A stretch of 64,000 nucleotides of DNA from Candidatus Geocrenenecus dongiae. Lineage in GTDB: Archaea > Thermoproteota > Nitrososphaeria_A > Caldarchaeales > Wolframiiraptoraceae. Below the pieces are notes generated by a model. The model had not been told where the DNA came from and did no database searches. It saw only the letters and a program-made list of their open reading frames with translations. The translations under genes and the position numbers were made by a program. Location: NCBI GenBank assembly GCA_023267855.1, contig JALNLN010000001.1, positions 23,620 to 87,619 on the forward strand, written 5' to 3'. Position 1 is the stretch's first letter. Each line of letters opens with the position of its first letter. This document shows, in pieces, positions 1 to 9,690 of the stretch.

Positions 1-1
1 A

Positions 2-1078
2 GTTCTAAAAAAACTAAATGGTAAGATAGTTTTAGATAGAGAAGCCATAAAGATAGTTAAAAAACTTGGAGGAAGCATCATGGACAGCAAGATAATTAAT
101 GGCGTAGTTATTAGTAGTGAGTTTGCTCACCCCTCTATGCCACGTATTCTGAAGAATGCTAGAATAGCTGTTCTTAACATGGCTTTAAAGATAGATGAAT
201 TTAGACATCTCCAGCCATATAAGTACTACATAGACATAAAAAAACCACATCATATTAATAGATTCTTAGAAGAGGAAAGAAATATTGTTAAGACAATGAT
301 TGACAAGATAATATCCGTGGGTGCAAATGTTGTTATCTGTAGAAAGAAGATAGGTAAAATCGCTAAACAGTTATTAGCGGAAGCAGGTATAATAGGGATA
401 AGCAGATTGCTTAATGAAGAAGAGTTCATGAGTGTTGCCAGGATCACTGGAGCTAATGTTGTTTCAGACATCGACGATCTTAGAGAAGAAGATCTCGGAA
501 GAGCTATGACAGTTAGAGAAGAGAAAATTGGAGAAGAAAGGGTAACGATTATCGAAGGCTGTAGTGGTCATAGTGGGATCACATTACTGCTGAGAGGAGG
601 CTCTGAAAAGGTACTAGATGAAGTTGAACATACGTTAAAAGATTCTATAAGATATGTTTCCTCACTACTAGAAGAACCTGCTTATCTTCCAGGTGGGGGA
701 GCCGTAGAAGAAGCTCTAGCCGTCACTATAAGACACGAGTCCTTAACATATAGAGGTAAAGAACAGGTTGCCATGCATGCTTTTGCAAACTCTCTTGAAA
801 CTATACCAATATTACTTGTACGAAATTCTGGTTGTAATGCTCTAGATATAATTTCAGAGTTGAGATCTTGGCACGTCAACGGGCAACACAAATATGGCTT
901 CGACGCATTCTCTGGAAAAGTAGTAGATGTGCTCGATTCAGGAATAATTGAATCTTACAAAATGAAAGAACAAGTTTTAAAGACTGCTTTCGAAGTAACT
1001 ACAATGTTGCTGAGAATTGATGAAGTAGTAGATAGGAGATATGCTAAGAGGCATGAAGGAGAACTCGGTGGGCAATAG
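2..1078 (+). CDS. ths: Thermosome (group II chaperonin) subunit, C-terminal about 2/3; the 5' end is cut by the window edge
   Basis: The reading frame is open from nt 2 to 1078 (VLKKLNGKIVLDREAIKIVKKLGGSIMDSK...), so the ATG at 80 is internal. It carries the GGGAVEEALA motif and the apical/intermediate-domain pattern (HPSMP..NA.IA) typical of thermosome/CCT. It ends with a GG-rich tail. Confidence 0.85.
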   Translation, partial: VLKKLNGKIVLDREAIKIVKKLGGSIMDSKIINGVVISSEFAHPSMPRILKNARIAVLNMALKIDEFRHLQPYKYYIDIKKPHHINRFLEEERNIVKTMIDKIISVGANVVICRKKIGKIAKQLLAEAGIIGISRLLNEEEFMSVARITGANVVSDIDDLREEDLGRAMTVREEKIGEERVTIIEGCSGHSGITLLLRGGSEKVLDEVEHTLKDSIRYVSSLLEEPAYLPGGGAVEEALAVTIRHESLTYRGKEQVAMHAFANSLETIPILLVRNSGCNALDIISELRSWHVNGQHKYGFDAFSGKVVDVLDSGIIESYKMKEQVLKTAFEVTTMLLRIDEVVDRRYAKRHEGELGGQ

Positions 1079-1153
1079 AAGGACTCTACGTATTTTTCAA
1101 AATAGTAAAAGATATAATTTCTGTGTTAAACTATAATTATTTAAGGTGATATC

Positions 1154-2701
1154 ATGTATTCTCAGTATTTTATAGGTGTTGATATAGGGACTGCGGGAAC
1201 GAAAGCATCTATATTTGATGTTGAAGGAAGACAGTTAGCTGTAGCTTACGAAGAGTCTAAGCTTTACTATCCTAGAGTTGGCTGGGTTGAGCAAAATCCA
1301 GAAGATTTCTATTTGTCTACTCTAAATACTGTTAGAGAAGTTGTTAAGAAATCTGGTATAGATCCTCGTGAAGTTGCTTCAATAGCTTTTAGCGGACAGA
1401 TGGCTGGGATACTAGCAATAGATAAAGACTGGAAGCCCGTCATGCCGTATGATTCATGGCTAGATATAAGATGCAAAGAATATATCGACTACCTGAAGAT
1501 GAACTATGAAGAATTTCTTATTGAGAAAACCGGTGCTCCTCCCACTGTTGATCATCTTCCAAAGATGATGTGGTGGAAGAATGAGAGACCAGAAGTTTTT
1601 GAAAGAGTATGTAAGTTCACTGTTCCAGCTGTTTATGTAGCCGGTAGGTTAGCTAAGTTAAAGGGTGAAGATGCATTCTATGATTATACGTACGTAACAT
1701 TTACAGGACTTTTCGACATACATAAGATGGATTGGTCTGAAGAACTTGCAGAAACATTTAAACTTCCATTAGATAAAATGCCAAGAATAGTTAAACCATG
1801 GGAGGTTATTGGAGAATTATCTTCAGAAGAAGCTGAGAAGATGGGTTTGGTGAAAGGCATACCAATAGTTGCTGGAGCTGGAGATGGAATGGCATGTACC
1901 TTCGGTGCAGGATTAACAAAAACAGGTTTATGCTTAGATATAGCTGGAACAGCTTCAGCTTTCTATGTTTCGATAGATAGGGTAGTTCCAGACACAAAAT
2001 ATAGGACTCTACTATACTTAAAGTCAGTTGTACCCGAACTTTGGTGTGTTGGTGCTTACATAAATGGTGGTGGATTATGTTTAAGATGGTTTAGAGATGA
2101 AATTGCAAAAGAAGAGAAGAATAGAGCAAGAGAACTAGGTAAAGATCCGTATGAGATTTTAGATGAAGAAGCTTCTAAGATCCCTCCTGGAAGTGAGGGT
2201 CTAATGTTTATACCGCATCTAGGAGGTAGAGCGTATCCATATAATCCAAGAATTAGAGGTATGTGGATTGGGTTCACATGGAGACATACGGTAGGACATT
2301 TCTTCAAATCTATACTTGAAGCAATAGCATTTGAGTATAATCACTATCTCAAGATACTGAGAGAATTATTGAGAGAGGTAACAATAGGTGAGGTGAGGGG
2401 AATCGGTGGTGGGAGTAAGAGTAAGATATGGAATCAAATTAAAGCAGATGTACTCGGTATACCGTACGTTCTACTAAACAGAGAAGAATATGCTGTAACG
2501 GCATTAGCTGTTATAGGTGGGTATGGTGTTAAGATTTTAAAAGATTACATAAAGACTATTAACGAGTGGGTTAGAGAATCTAAAAGAATACAGCCCAATC
2601 TAGAGATACATGAGAAATACAAGAGATATTCAGAATTTTACGAAAAATTAATTAGCAATATAGACCATCTCATGGAAGGACATGAAACCTTACTCCAGTG
2701 A
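1154..2701 (+). CDS. FGGY-family carbohydrate kinase (xylulokinase/glycerol kinase-like)
   Basis: The N-terminus FIGVDIGTAGTKASIFD matches the FGGY N-terminal motif and the length (515 aa) fits. The sugar substrate is not determinable from sequence. Confidence 0.85.
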   Translation: MYSQYFIGVDIGTAGTKASIFDVEGRQLAVAYEESKLYYPRVGWVEQNPEDFYLSTLNTVREVVKKSGIDPREVASIAFSGQMAGILAIDKDWKPVMPYDSWLDIRCKEYIDYLKMNYEEFLIEKTGAPPTVDHLPKMMWWKNERPEVFERVCKFTVPAVYVAGRLAKLKGEDAFYDYTYVTFTGLFDIHKMDWSEELAETFKLPLDKMPRIVKPWEVIGELSSEEAEKMGLVKGIPIVAGAGDGMACTFGAGLTKTGLCLDIAGTASAFYVSIDRVVPDTKYRTLLYLKSVVPELWCVGAYINGGGLCLRWFRDEIAKEEKNRARELGKDPYEILDEEASKIPPGSEGLMFIPHLGGRAYPYNPRIRGMWIGFTWRHTVGHFFKSILEAIAFEYNHYLKILRELLREVTIGEVRGIGGGSKSKIWNQIKADVLGIPYVLLNREEYAVTALAVIGGYGVKILKDYIKTINEWVRESKRIQPNLEIHEKYKRYSEFYEKLISNIDHLMEGHETLLQ

Positions 2702-2784
2702 TGAAAATCGTTAAAAGCCTGAAATTCATAGTTACAAGTTAATTCGTAATCCTAATATAGAGTACGGTACTTCAAAAGTTTGAA

Positions 2785-4638
2785 ATGGATTCGCAGAAGA
2801 AGTTGTACGGATATAATGGTAAGATAGCCCGCATCAACCTCTCAAAGAAAAAGATCTCTATTGAAGAAATTCCAAAGGAATGGTTAAAGAAATATCTTGG
2901 GGGAAGAGGGTTGGCTGCAAGATATTACTATGAAGAACTAGACCCCTCAGTGCAACCATTTTCACCAGAGAATGAGTTAATTATCATGACGGGGCCATTA
3001 ACGGGTACAGGTGTTTGGGGTTCTTCTAAAGCCCACATCGTTACTAAATCACCATTAACAAACATTTACACTGTATCTAACGCTGGTGGAGATTTTGGAG
3101 CAAATATTAAAAGAGCTGGTTACGATGGGTTGATAATAGAAGGCAGAGCAGATAAACCAAGCTATATATCGATAATCGATGGTGAAATAGAAATAAAGAA
3201 TGCTGAGAAATTCTGGGGATTAAAGACTAGTGAAGCTCAGAAAGCACTCTTAGAAGAAATTGGTGAAAAGAAGGCTACAGTTGCATGCATAGGTCCTGCT
3301 GGAGAAAAACTCTCGAGGATAGCAAGTGTCCAAGTAGATTTCCCCGGAGTGAAGAGAGGTGGAAGTTTCGGAAGAGGTGGTGTTGGAGCAGTTATGGGGT
3401 CAAAGAATCTTAAAGGTATTCTTGTCTATGGATCTAAAGAAGTTGAGATAGCTGAACCAGATAAGCTCATAGAATACCTAAGAGCTAACATTAGTCTACT
3501 CAAAGAAACAACCGGATTTCATACAAAGTATGGAACCGCACAGTATATAGATCCACTTTACGAGCTAGGCGCCTATCCATTAATGAATTTTACTAGGACA
3601 CGTGTAGAGGGGGATGAGATCTCTAAACTTTCATCAAAAGTTTTTAGGGAAGAATTTGTTGCAAAAGATGTAGCATGTTTTAGATGTCCTGTCGCATGCG
3701 GTAAGTATGCAAGACCCCGTAAAGATGTCTACACAAATTTTGTAAGTAAGCCTGAATACGAGACGATCTGGTCCTTCGGCCCACACTGTGGTGTCTTTGA
3801 TTATGATATAATAATTGCAGCAAACCATCTAGCAGATGATGAAGGCTTAGACGGTATATCAGCAGGCTATGTAATCGGATTCAGTATGGAACTTTATGAA
3901 AGAGGTATTATTGATAAAGATGATGTAGGTGGATTAGATCTAAAGTTCGGTAATGGTGAAGCAGTGGTAGAGTTAACAGAGATGATTGGGGAAAGAAGAA
4001 ACTTTGGAAACATCTTAGCTGAAGGAGCTGCTAGAGCCGCTAAAGCTATTGGTAAAGGAGCTGAATACTATGCAATGCATGTAAAAGGTATGGAGCTTAC
4101 AGCATATGAGCCTAGAGCATTTTATGGTATGGGTTTAGCGTTTGCGACATCTTCTCGTGGAGCTTGCCATAATGTTGGTGGATGGACTATTAGAGATGAA
4201 CTACTAAAACCTAAAATAGATAGATATGCAGTGAAGGGGAAAGGCGTACTGGTAAAAACCATACAAGACGTTAGAGGTTATGTTGATTCCATAGGTCTTT
4301 GCACCATACCGAGAAGATCTTTAAACTTTACAGATACTCCGAAGCCCGATGTATTAAAGTATGTAACAGGAATAGAATTAGATGAAGACTTGGTAACAAT
4401 AGGTGAGAGAGTATACTGTCTTGAACGATTAATCTTAAATAGAGAAGGAGTAACACGTAAAGATGATCAGCTTCCACAGAGACTTATGAAAGAACCTATT
4501 CCAGACGGTCCAGCTAAAGGTCACGTTCTTTCACCGGAAATATTCAACAGCATGTTAGACGAATACTATGATGCTAGAAGATGGACTAGAGACGGTATAG
4601 TGACTCAAGATATAAAACTTACCTTAAACATACCTTAA
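2785..4638 (+). CDS. aor: Tungsten-containing aldehyde:ferredoxin oxidoreductase family protein (AOR/FOR/GAPOR family)
   Basis: The N-terminus YGYNGKIARINLS...LGGRGLAARYYYEELDP...PENELIIMTGPLTGT closely follows the AOR family N-terminal domain. At 617 aa it is AOR/FOR-sized. Which family member it is cannot be told from sequence. Confidence 0.85.
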   Translation: MDSQKKLYGYNGKIARINLSKKKISIEEIPKEWLKKYLGGRGLAARYYYEELDPSVQPFSPENELIIMTGPLTGTGVWGSSKAHIVTKSPLTNIYTVSNAGGDFGANIKRAGYDGLIIEGRADKPSYISIIDGEIEIKNAEKFWGLKTSEAQKALLEEIGEKKATVACIGPAGEKLSRIASVQVDFPGVKRGGSFGRGGVGAVMGSKNLKGILVYGSKEVEIAEPDKLIEYLRANISLLKETTGFHTKYGTAQYIDPLYELGAYPLMNFTRTRVEGDEISKLSSKVFREEFVAKDVACFRCPVACGKYARPRKDVYTNFVSKPEYETIWSFGPHCGVFDYDIIIAANHLADDEGLDGISAGYVIGFSMELYERGIIDKDDVGGLDLKFGNGEAVVELTEMIGERRNFGNILAEGAARAAKAIGKGAEYYAMHVKGMELTAYEPRAFYGMGLAFATSSRGACHNVGGWTIRDELLKPKIDRYAVKGKGVLVKTIQDVRGYVDSIGLCTIPRRSLNFTDTPKPDVLKYVTGIELDEDLVTIGERVYCLERLILNREGVTRKDDQLPQRLMKEPIPDGPAKGHVLSPEIFNSMLDEYYDARRWTRDGIVTQDIKLTLNIP

Positions 4639-4653
4639 GAGGTGGATTAAAGT

Positions 4654-5241
4654 ATGTCAGAAACGATAGAACCAAGAAAAATAGTAATAGATCTAAAGAA
4701 GCTTATTGTAGAACCATATACACGGAAGAAAGAAGTTAAGTTAAGTGAGTTAAAAGATTATTGTGCGTATCCTGAAGATGCTGAGAAGATATTGGCTAAG
4801 GGCGAAGACCCGGTCATCTACGAATACTATGAATATACACCTACAGAAAAACCAGGCAACATCAATTTTGGATTAACGATAATATATCCGGGAAAGATTG
4901 GAAAAGAATACTACATGACTAAAGGTCATTTCCATGAGAAAGATGCAGCCGAGTTCTATTTCTGTCTCAAAGGTAAAGGTTTATTGTTGATGCAGAATAA
5001 GTTGGGAGAAGTAGCTACAATAGAACTTGAACCTGGTTCTCTAGGATATGTTCCACCAGGTTGGGGTCATAGAACAATAAATACAGGAAGAGGTAAGTTT
5101 GTATTCTTCTTTGCTTATCCATCAGATGCTGGACATGATTACATGCTCGTAAAAGAGAAAGGATTTGCAAAAATTGTTATTGAAGAAGCAAAAACCGTAA
5201 AAATAATAGATAATCCAAGATATCAAAAGCTTTCTCAATAA
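4654..5241 (+). CDS. pgiA: Cupin-type glucose-6-phosphate isomerase (cPGI)
   Basis: Strong similarity to the Pyrococcus-type cupin PGI: DPVIYEYYEY, TKGHFHEKDAAEFYF, KGKG.LLMQ, YVPPGWGHRTINTG, YPSDAGHDY, KIVIEE...IDNPRY. These include the metal-binding His/Glu cupin motifs. Confidence 0.8.
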   Translation: MSETIEPRKIVIDLKKLIVEPYTRKKEVKLSELKDYCAYPEDAEKILAKGEDPVIYEYYEYTPTEKPGNINFGLTIIYPGKIGKEYYMTKGHFHEKDAAEFYFCLKGKGLLLMQNKLGEVATIELEPGSLGYVPPGWGHRTINTGRGKFVFFFAYPSDAGHDYMLVKEKGFAKIVIEEAKTVKIIDNPRYQKLSQ

Positions 5242-5294
5242 AAACCACTATTCTTAATTTAACTACTTTTTTCATTTTACCGTTTTATAAGTTT

Positions 5295-6326
5295 TCATGG
5301 AGTAATCACTATTTTTAATCCTTCAGCTTTCAAAGTTTTTGTAAATGCTTCTATCCCATTCTCTAAACTATATCTATGTGTTAAAAGTGGTTTAACATTA
5401 ATTAGCCCAGAGGCCACTAGTTCTAAAGTCTTCTTAAATTCAAGTGGTGTCTGCATAGAAGTTCCAAGTACAGTTATTTGCTTATAGTGAATAAAATTTG
5501 TGTTTATTGGGACTTCTTCTAATCCAGCTGGAAGTCCTGCAAAGAAGTTTACTCTACCTCCTCTACCTACAATCTTTAAAGCATCTTTTTGTGCATGCGG
5601 AGAACCCACAGCCACCACTACGACATCACTACCACGTCCATTCGTTAAATTTAATATAAACTTCTCAATATCTTCTTCCAGCGGATTAACTATATATTCT
5701 ACACCTAACCTTTTAGCTATCTCTATTCTTTTTCCATCAACTTCACTCATGATGATCTTTGATGCTCCAAACGATTTCGCAAGCATAAAATGCATTAATC
5801 CTATAGGACCAGCACCTATTATCGTTACTACATCGCCTGGACGAATATTCAATTTTAACTGTCCTCGAAAACATGCGGCTAGAGGTTCAATTAAAGATGC
5901 TTCTTCATAACTTAAATGATCTGGAATTTCAAGTACCCCACCTAGATGAAAAGCTTGAGCCGGTATCTTAACGTATTCTGCAAAAGATCCATCAACATCA
6001 ATTCCTATGGCATATCTATTTGGACAGAGAACATGTTCTCCGGAGAGACAGTACTCACACCTACCGCAAAATATGTTAGGATTTACAACAACCCTTCTAC
6101 CAATATAATTCTTAAATTCTTCACTTGCTTCTACAACGTCTCCAGAAAATTCGTGACCTAATGTTATGGGAATCTTGGTTCTAGCACCAGTTACGTAAGC
6201 TTTAACATCTGTTGCACAGATAGACGTAGCCCTAACTTTCACTATCGCTCCAGATTCATCCAGCTTCGGCTCTGGGACATCTTCTAATCTCAAAGATTCT
6301 TTACCATGTAATCTTAAAGCCATCAT
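5295..6326 (-). CDS. Zn-dependent alcohol dehydrogenase, MDR superfamily (threonine/sorbitol dehydrogenase-like)
   Basis: It has the catalytic-Zn motif region (ICATDVKAY...GHEFSG), a structural-Zn Cys cluster (CGRCEYCLSGEHVLC) and a Rossmann GAGPIGL. Confidence 0.85.
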   Translation of the reverse strand: MMALRLHGKESLRLEDVPEPKLDESGAIVKVRATSICATDVKAYVTGARTKIPITLGHEFSGDVVEASEEFKNYIGRRVVVNPNIFCGRCEYCLSGEHVLCPNRYAIGIDVDGSFAEYVKIPAQAFHLGGVLEIPDHLSYEEASLIEPLAACFRGQLKLNIRPGDVVTIIGAGPIGLMHFMLAKSFGASKIIMSEVDGKRIEIAKRLGVEYIVNPLEEDIEKFILNLTNGRGSDVVVVAVGSPHAQKDALKIVGRGGRVNFFAGLPAGLEEVPINTNFIHYKQITVLGTSMQTPLEFKKTLELVASGLINVKPLLTHRYSLENGIEAFTKTLKAEGLKIVITP

Positions 6327-6384
6327 ATTTTCTGATTAAACATAATTCAAGATTAAGTTATTAAATATTTATTATCGTAAGAAG

Positions 6385-7410
6385 TTACTTTAATGGAAGT
6401 GTAACAGGTTTATTAGTTCTTATTGATTCTATGGCAGCTAATACCATTTCTAAAGCTTTCCTTCCATCTTCTCCAGTTACTTCCGGTTCTTTATCTTCAA
6501 TTATTGCTTTTAAGAAGCTTTCAGCTTCATTAATGTATCCTTCACGGAATCTATCTCTCCAACTTGGGAATGTTTCTGTAATTGCTTTCTTATCACTTTT
6601 ACATACTAGGAGGCTGCCTCCTCTTATATCTCCAACTGTTATAAGACCTTCTGTTCCAAGTACTTCTATTCTTGCATCATAACCATAACCTACTGGGCAT
6701 CCTCCATCTACTACACCTATTCCATTATTCTCAAATCTGATTACACTAACGTATACGTCATGATATGTAGGATACTCTTTCTTGAAATCGGGGTTTATCA
6801 ATGCATCTGCTTCAGCATACACCATTTTAGCTTCACTACCCATAAACCATCTAATAGTATCAAAATCATGACTACTTACTTCTGCTATCATACCTATGCC
6901 AGTCTTAGGATCTAAAGCCCATTTAGGTGGTAAGCCAGGCCCTCTCGTAAGACTCTTCACCAACACAATTCTTCCCACAAGCCCTTCCATTATCAATGTT
7001 TTAACTTTCCTTATTTCTGGATCAAATCTTCTCATAAAACCAATCTGCAACTTTACGTTATTCTTCTTGGTTACTGAGATCATTTTATCTGCTTCCTCTA
7101 AACTTAAAGCCATAGGTTTTTCACAAAAAACATGCGCGCCTGCTTCTGCTGCTTCTATAGTTAATGGACAATGGGTAAATGTTGGAGTAGTTATGAATAC
7201 AGCTTCTATTTCTTCATTCTTTAAAGCTTCACTTAAAGTCTGATAACAGTGAACTCCTCCAATCTTTTCTGAAAGCTGTTTAGCGAGACCTAAATCCATA
7301 TCTACTATCGCTACAAGCTCAGCTATAGGAATCCTTCTAGAAAGATTTAATACGTGAACTTCTCCTGCACGTCCAGCTCCAACAACACAAACTTTAACAC
7401 GTCTAACCAT
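6385..7410 (-). CDS. Gfo/Idh/MocA-family NAD(P)-dependent oxidoreductase
   Basis: An N-terminal Rossmann fold (KVCVVGAGRAGEVH) and the EKP motif (CEKPMALS) are typical of the Gfo/Idh/MocA family. Confidence 0.8.
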   Translation of the reverse strand: MVRRVKVCVVGAGRAGEVHVLNLSRRIPIAELVAIVDMDLGLAKQLSEKIGGVHCYQTLSEALKNEEIEAVFITTPTFTHCPLTIEAAEAGAHVFCEKPMALSLEEADKMISVTKKNNVKLQIGFMRRFDPEIRKVKTLIMEGLVGRIVLVKSLTRGPGLPPKWALDPKTGIGMIAEVSSHDFDTIRWFMGSEAKMVYAEADALINPDFKKEYPTYHDVYVSVIRFENNGIGVVDGGCPVGYGYDARIEVLGTEGLITVGDIRGGSLLVCKSDKKAITETFPSWRDRFREGYINEAESFLKAIIEDKEPEVTGEDGRKALEMVLAAIESIRTNKPVTLPLK

Positions 7411-7535
7411 GACTATTCTCTCTTATTATACACAATCCTCTATAAAAGATTCTCGAAATAAAATATAATCCAAGAAACCCTCTCTAAGAGATAAATTGGA
7501 GAAAATAAAAAATGTTAATTTATTTGTAGATTATG

Positions 7536-7609
7536 CGGGCCCGGGGGGATTTGAACCCCCGACCAATGGGTTAAGAGCCCACCGCTCTACCTGACTGAGC
7601 TACGGGCCC
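7536..7609 (-). tRNA. tRNA-Lys (anticodon CUU)
   Basis: The reverse complement folds as a canonical cloverleaf: acceptor GGGCCCG/CGGGCCC, D-arm GCUC-AGUCAGGUA-GAGC, anticodon stem GUGGG/CCCAU with loop CUCUUAA, and T-arm GGGGG-UUCAAAU-CCCCC. No CCA is encoded. The high GC contrasts with the AT-rich surroundings. Confidence 0.85.
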
Positions 7610-7740
7610 CACTCTTAAGAAAAATACCTTTAATATTAAACCTATCCATCTCTAGATTAAGTCTTCCTACTAATAATCTTAGTGATGTAAAGGGCTCCTC
7701 ATAAAAATACGAAATTATGATAATTCTTAAATAATGGAAA

Positions 7741-8757
7741 ATGAAAAAATTAATGATGTCGAAGTATAGGATTCTAATAACGTCGAGATCTTATGGAAGA
7801 TATTTTCCTAACCATTTAGAGGCTTTGAAGAAGGTTGGAGAACCCGTATATGCTGAGAAGGTTCCCATGAAGGAGGATCAACTTCTCAATGTTATTGGAG
7901 AGTATGATGCTTTCATCGCTGGAGTTGATGAGATAACTTCTAAAGTGATTGAAAAAGCGAGGAATCTAAAGATAATTGCTAGGCATGGTGTTGGCGTTGA
8001 TAATGTGGATATTAGAGCTGCTACTGAAAATGGAGTAATTGTTACATATACTCCAGGCGCTAATACGAATGCTGTAGCAGAACATACCTTAGCGTTAATG
8101 ATGTCTATCATAAGAGATATACCGAATGCTCATACACGTGTTAGAGAAGGTAAATGGGGCGGTGGAAGAATGGGAATAGAACTTTATGGAAAAACCTTGG
8201 GGATAATTGGTTTAGGAAAAATCGGTCAAAGAGTAGCAACAATTTGTAAATGTTTAGGTATGGAGGTTATATCTTATAGTCCAAAAGCTAGACCAGAAGA
8301 TGCTGCGAGAATAGGTGTTAAGATGGTATCACTAGAAGAACTTCTAACTAACTCTGACGTAGTAGTTATTACGACATCTTACAGTCCTGAAAAGTATCAT
8401 ATGATAAATGAGGAAAGATTGAGAATGATGAAGAAAACAGCGTACTTAGTAAACACTGCTAGAGGAGAGCTTATTGATGAGAAAGCTTTAGCAAAAGCCT
8501 TAAAGGAAGGTTGGATTGCTGGTGCAGCATTAGATGTTATGGAGAAGGAGCCGCCGTCACCTGATAACGAGTTATTACAACTCGATAACATTATTATTAC
8601 GCATCACATAGCAGCACATACGTTAGAAGCTGTGAAGAACATGGGTGACATGGTTACGGAAGATATATTACTAGCTTTACAAGGAAAATCGCCAAAGAAT
8701 ATAGTCAATCCAGAAGTCCTAGAAAAACCTAATCTAAGAATAAAATCACTGAGCTAG
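7741..8757 (+). CDS. D-isomer-specific 2-hydroxyacid dehydrogenase (glyoxylate/hydroxypyruvate reductase or phosphoglycerate dehydrogenase-like)
   Basis: It carries [10 protein letters not shown], an NAD-binding [13 protein letters not shown] motif and the catalytic His region (ITHHIAAHT). Confidence 0.85.
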   Translation: MKKLMMSKYRILITSRSYGRYFPNHLEALKKVGEPVYAEKVPMKEDQLLNVIGEYDAFIAGVDEITSKVIEKARNLKIIARHGVGVDNVDIRAATENGVIVTYTPGANTNAVAEHTLALMMSIIRDIPNAHTRVREGKWGGGRMGIELYGKTLGIIGLGKIGQRVATICKCLGMEVISYSPKARPEDAARIGVKMVSLEELLTNSDVVVITTSYSPEKYHMINEERLRMMKKTAYLVNTARGELIDEKALAKALKEGWIAGAALDVMEKEPPSPDNELLQLDNIIITHHIAAHTLEAVKNMGDMVTEDILLALQGKSPKNIVNPEVLEKPNLRIKSLS

Positions 8758-8869
8758 ATAGATTCAACCTAATCTTATTTCTTTCTTCTGAAATAATGTT
8801 TATTGGAACTCTTTTCATGAATAATCTCTTAAATATAGATATAGATAATGGATAATGATAATTGTTGTT

Positions 8870-9532
8870 CTATTCTTTGGGATTTCGTTTAGGATGTGGT
8901 AGCATTGTTTTTAAAACTCCTTTCATACCACTTGTTTTATAGATGCTGAATAGTTTCTCCCAATCCACCTTAAATAATAATACGCTTATCCCAATCATTA
9001 GAATAACTGAAGATATTATTGTGTAAATGTTTATTTCTGCTCCAAGGTAGTCTCTCAGTATGTAGAAGTATGTTTTACCTAGAACTGCGACTAGTATAGA
9101 AAGTAAGATTTTTCCTAAAGCGTTTGCAAACATAAATTTTATGAAATTCATTTTGGCGAAACCTAGAGGTACGTATATTACATCGTCAGGAAGAGGAGTT
9201 AAGGCGAATAGGAATACTGCTATGGTACCATATTTATTTACATATCTTGCGATTAGAGTGAGGCTACCATCTTTCTTTTTCAAGATCTTTCTTCCAGCAA
9301 GACCTAGAAGGTAGGAGGTTATTTTCCCAATTGCTGCACCTAAACCAGAAAAGATTCCTAGAAGTATTGGGTTGAATCTATCCGCTAATAATACGATCGG
9401 TATTAGGTAGGGGAGAGGGAGGAAAGGGATCAAACTTCCAGCGAGAGATATTATGAATGCTCCTAGATAGGCATGTTTTAAGACAATTGCTATAAACTCT
9501 GATAACCATTGAAGATCCATCTTTTCTGGCAT
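8870..9532 (-). CDS. DedA/VTT-domain (SNARE-associated) integral membrane protein
   Basis: It is a multi-TM protein whose PFLP...LLGIFSGLGAAIGKITSYLLG pattern resembles DedA family proteins. Confidence 0.55.
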   Translation of the reverse strand: MPEKMDLQWLSEFIAIVLKHAYLGAFIISLAGSLIPFLPLPYLIPIVLLADRFNPILLGIFSGLGAAIGKITSYLLGLAGRKILKKKDGSLTLIARYVNKYGTIAVFLFALTPLPDDVIYVPLGFAKMNFIKFMFANALGKILLSILVAVLGKTYFYILRDYLGAEINIYTIISSVILMIGISVLLFKVDWEKLFSIYKTSGMKGVLKTMLPHPKRNPKE

Positions 9533-9690
9533 CTATACTGAAGCTCTATAATTAAAGGATGACGTTAATCATTAGAGCCCTCATGGCCAACCATACTCTT
9601 AAAATCCTAGTCGATCTCTACAAGATTGTTAGATATCTCAAATAGTTATATTCATCTTTGAGTAGTTATCTGCTGATAGGTTAGGGTGGA

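Noticed and set aside
250-471. Numerous 60-135-aa ORFs antisense to, or nested in, larger genes (for example 250-471, 5500-5910, 17562-17966, 19891-20298, 24866-25363, 56359-56879, 57448-58092)
   Set aside because: They overlap well-supported conserved genes on the opposite strand or in another frame, and have low-complexity Ser/Leu-rich compositions typical of antisense translation of AT-rich coding DNA.
1-1078. Thermosome paralog lacking the equatorial ATP-binding N-terminus
   Set aside because: The frame is open to nt 2, so the apparent truncation is just the window edge. The ATG at 80 is an internal Met.
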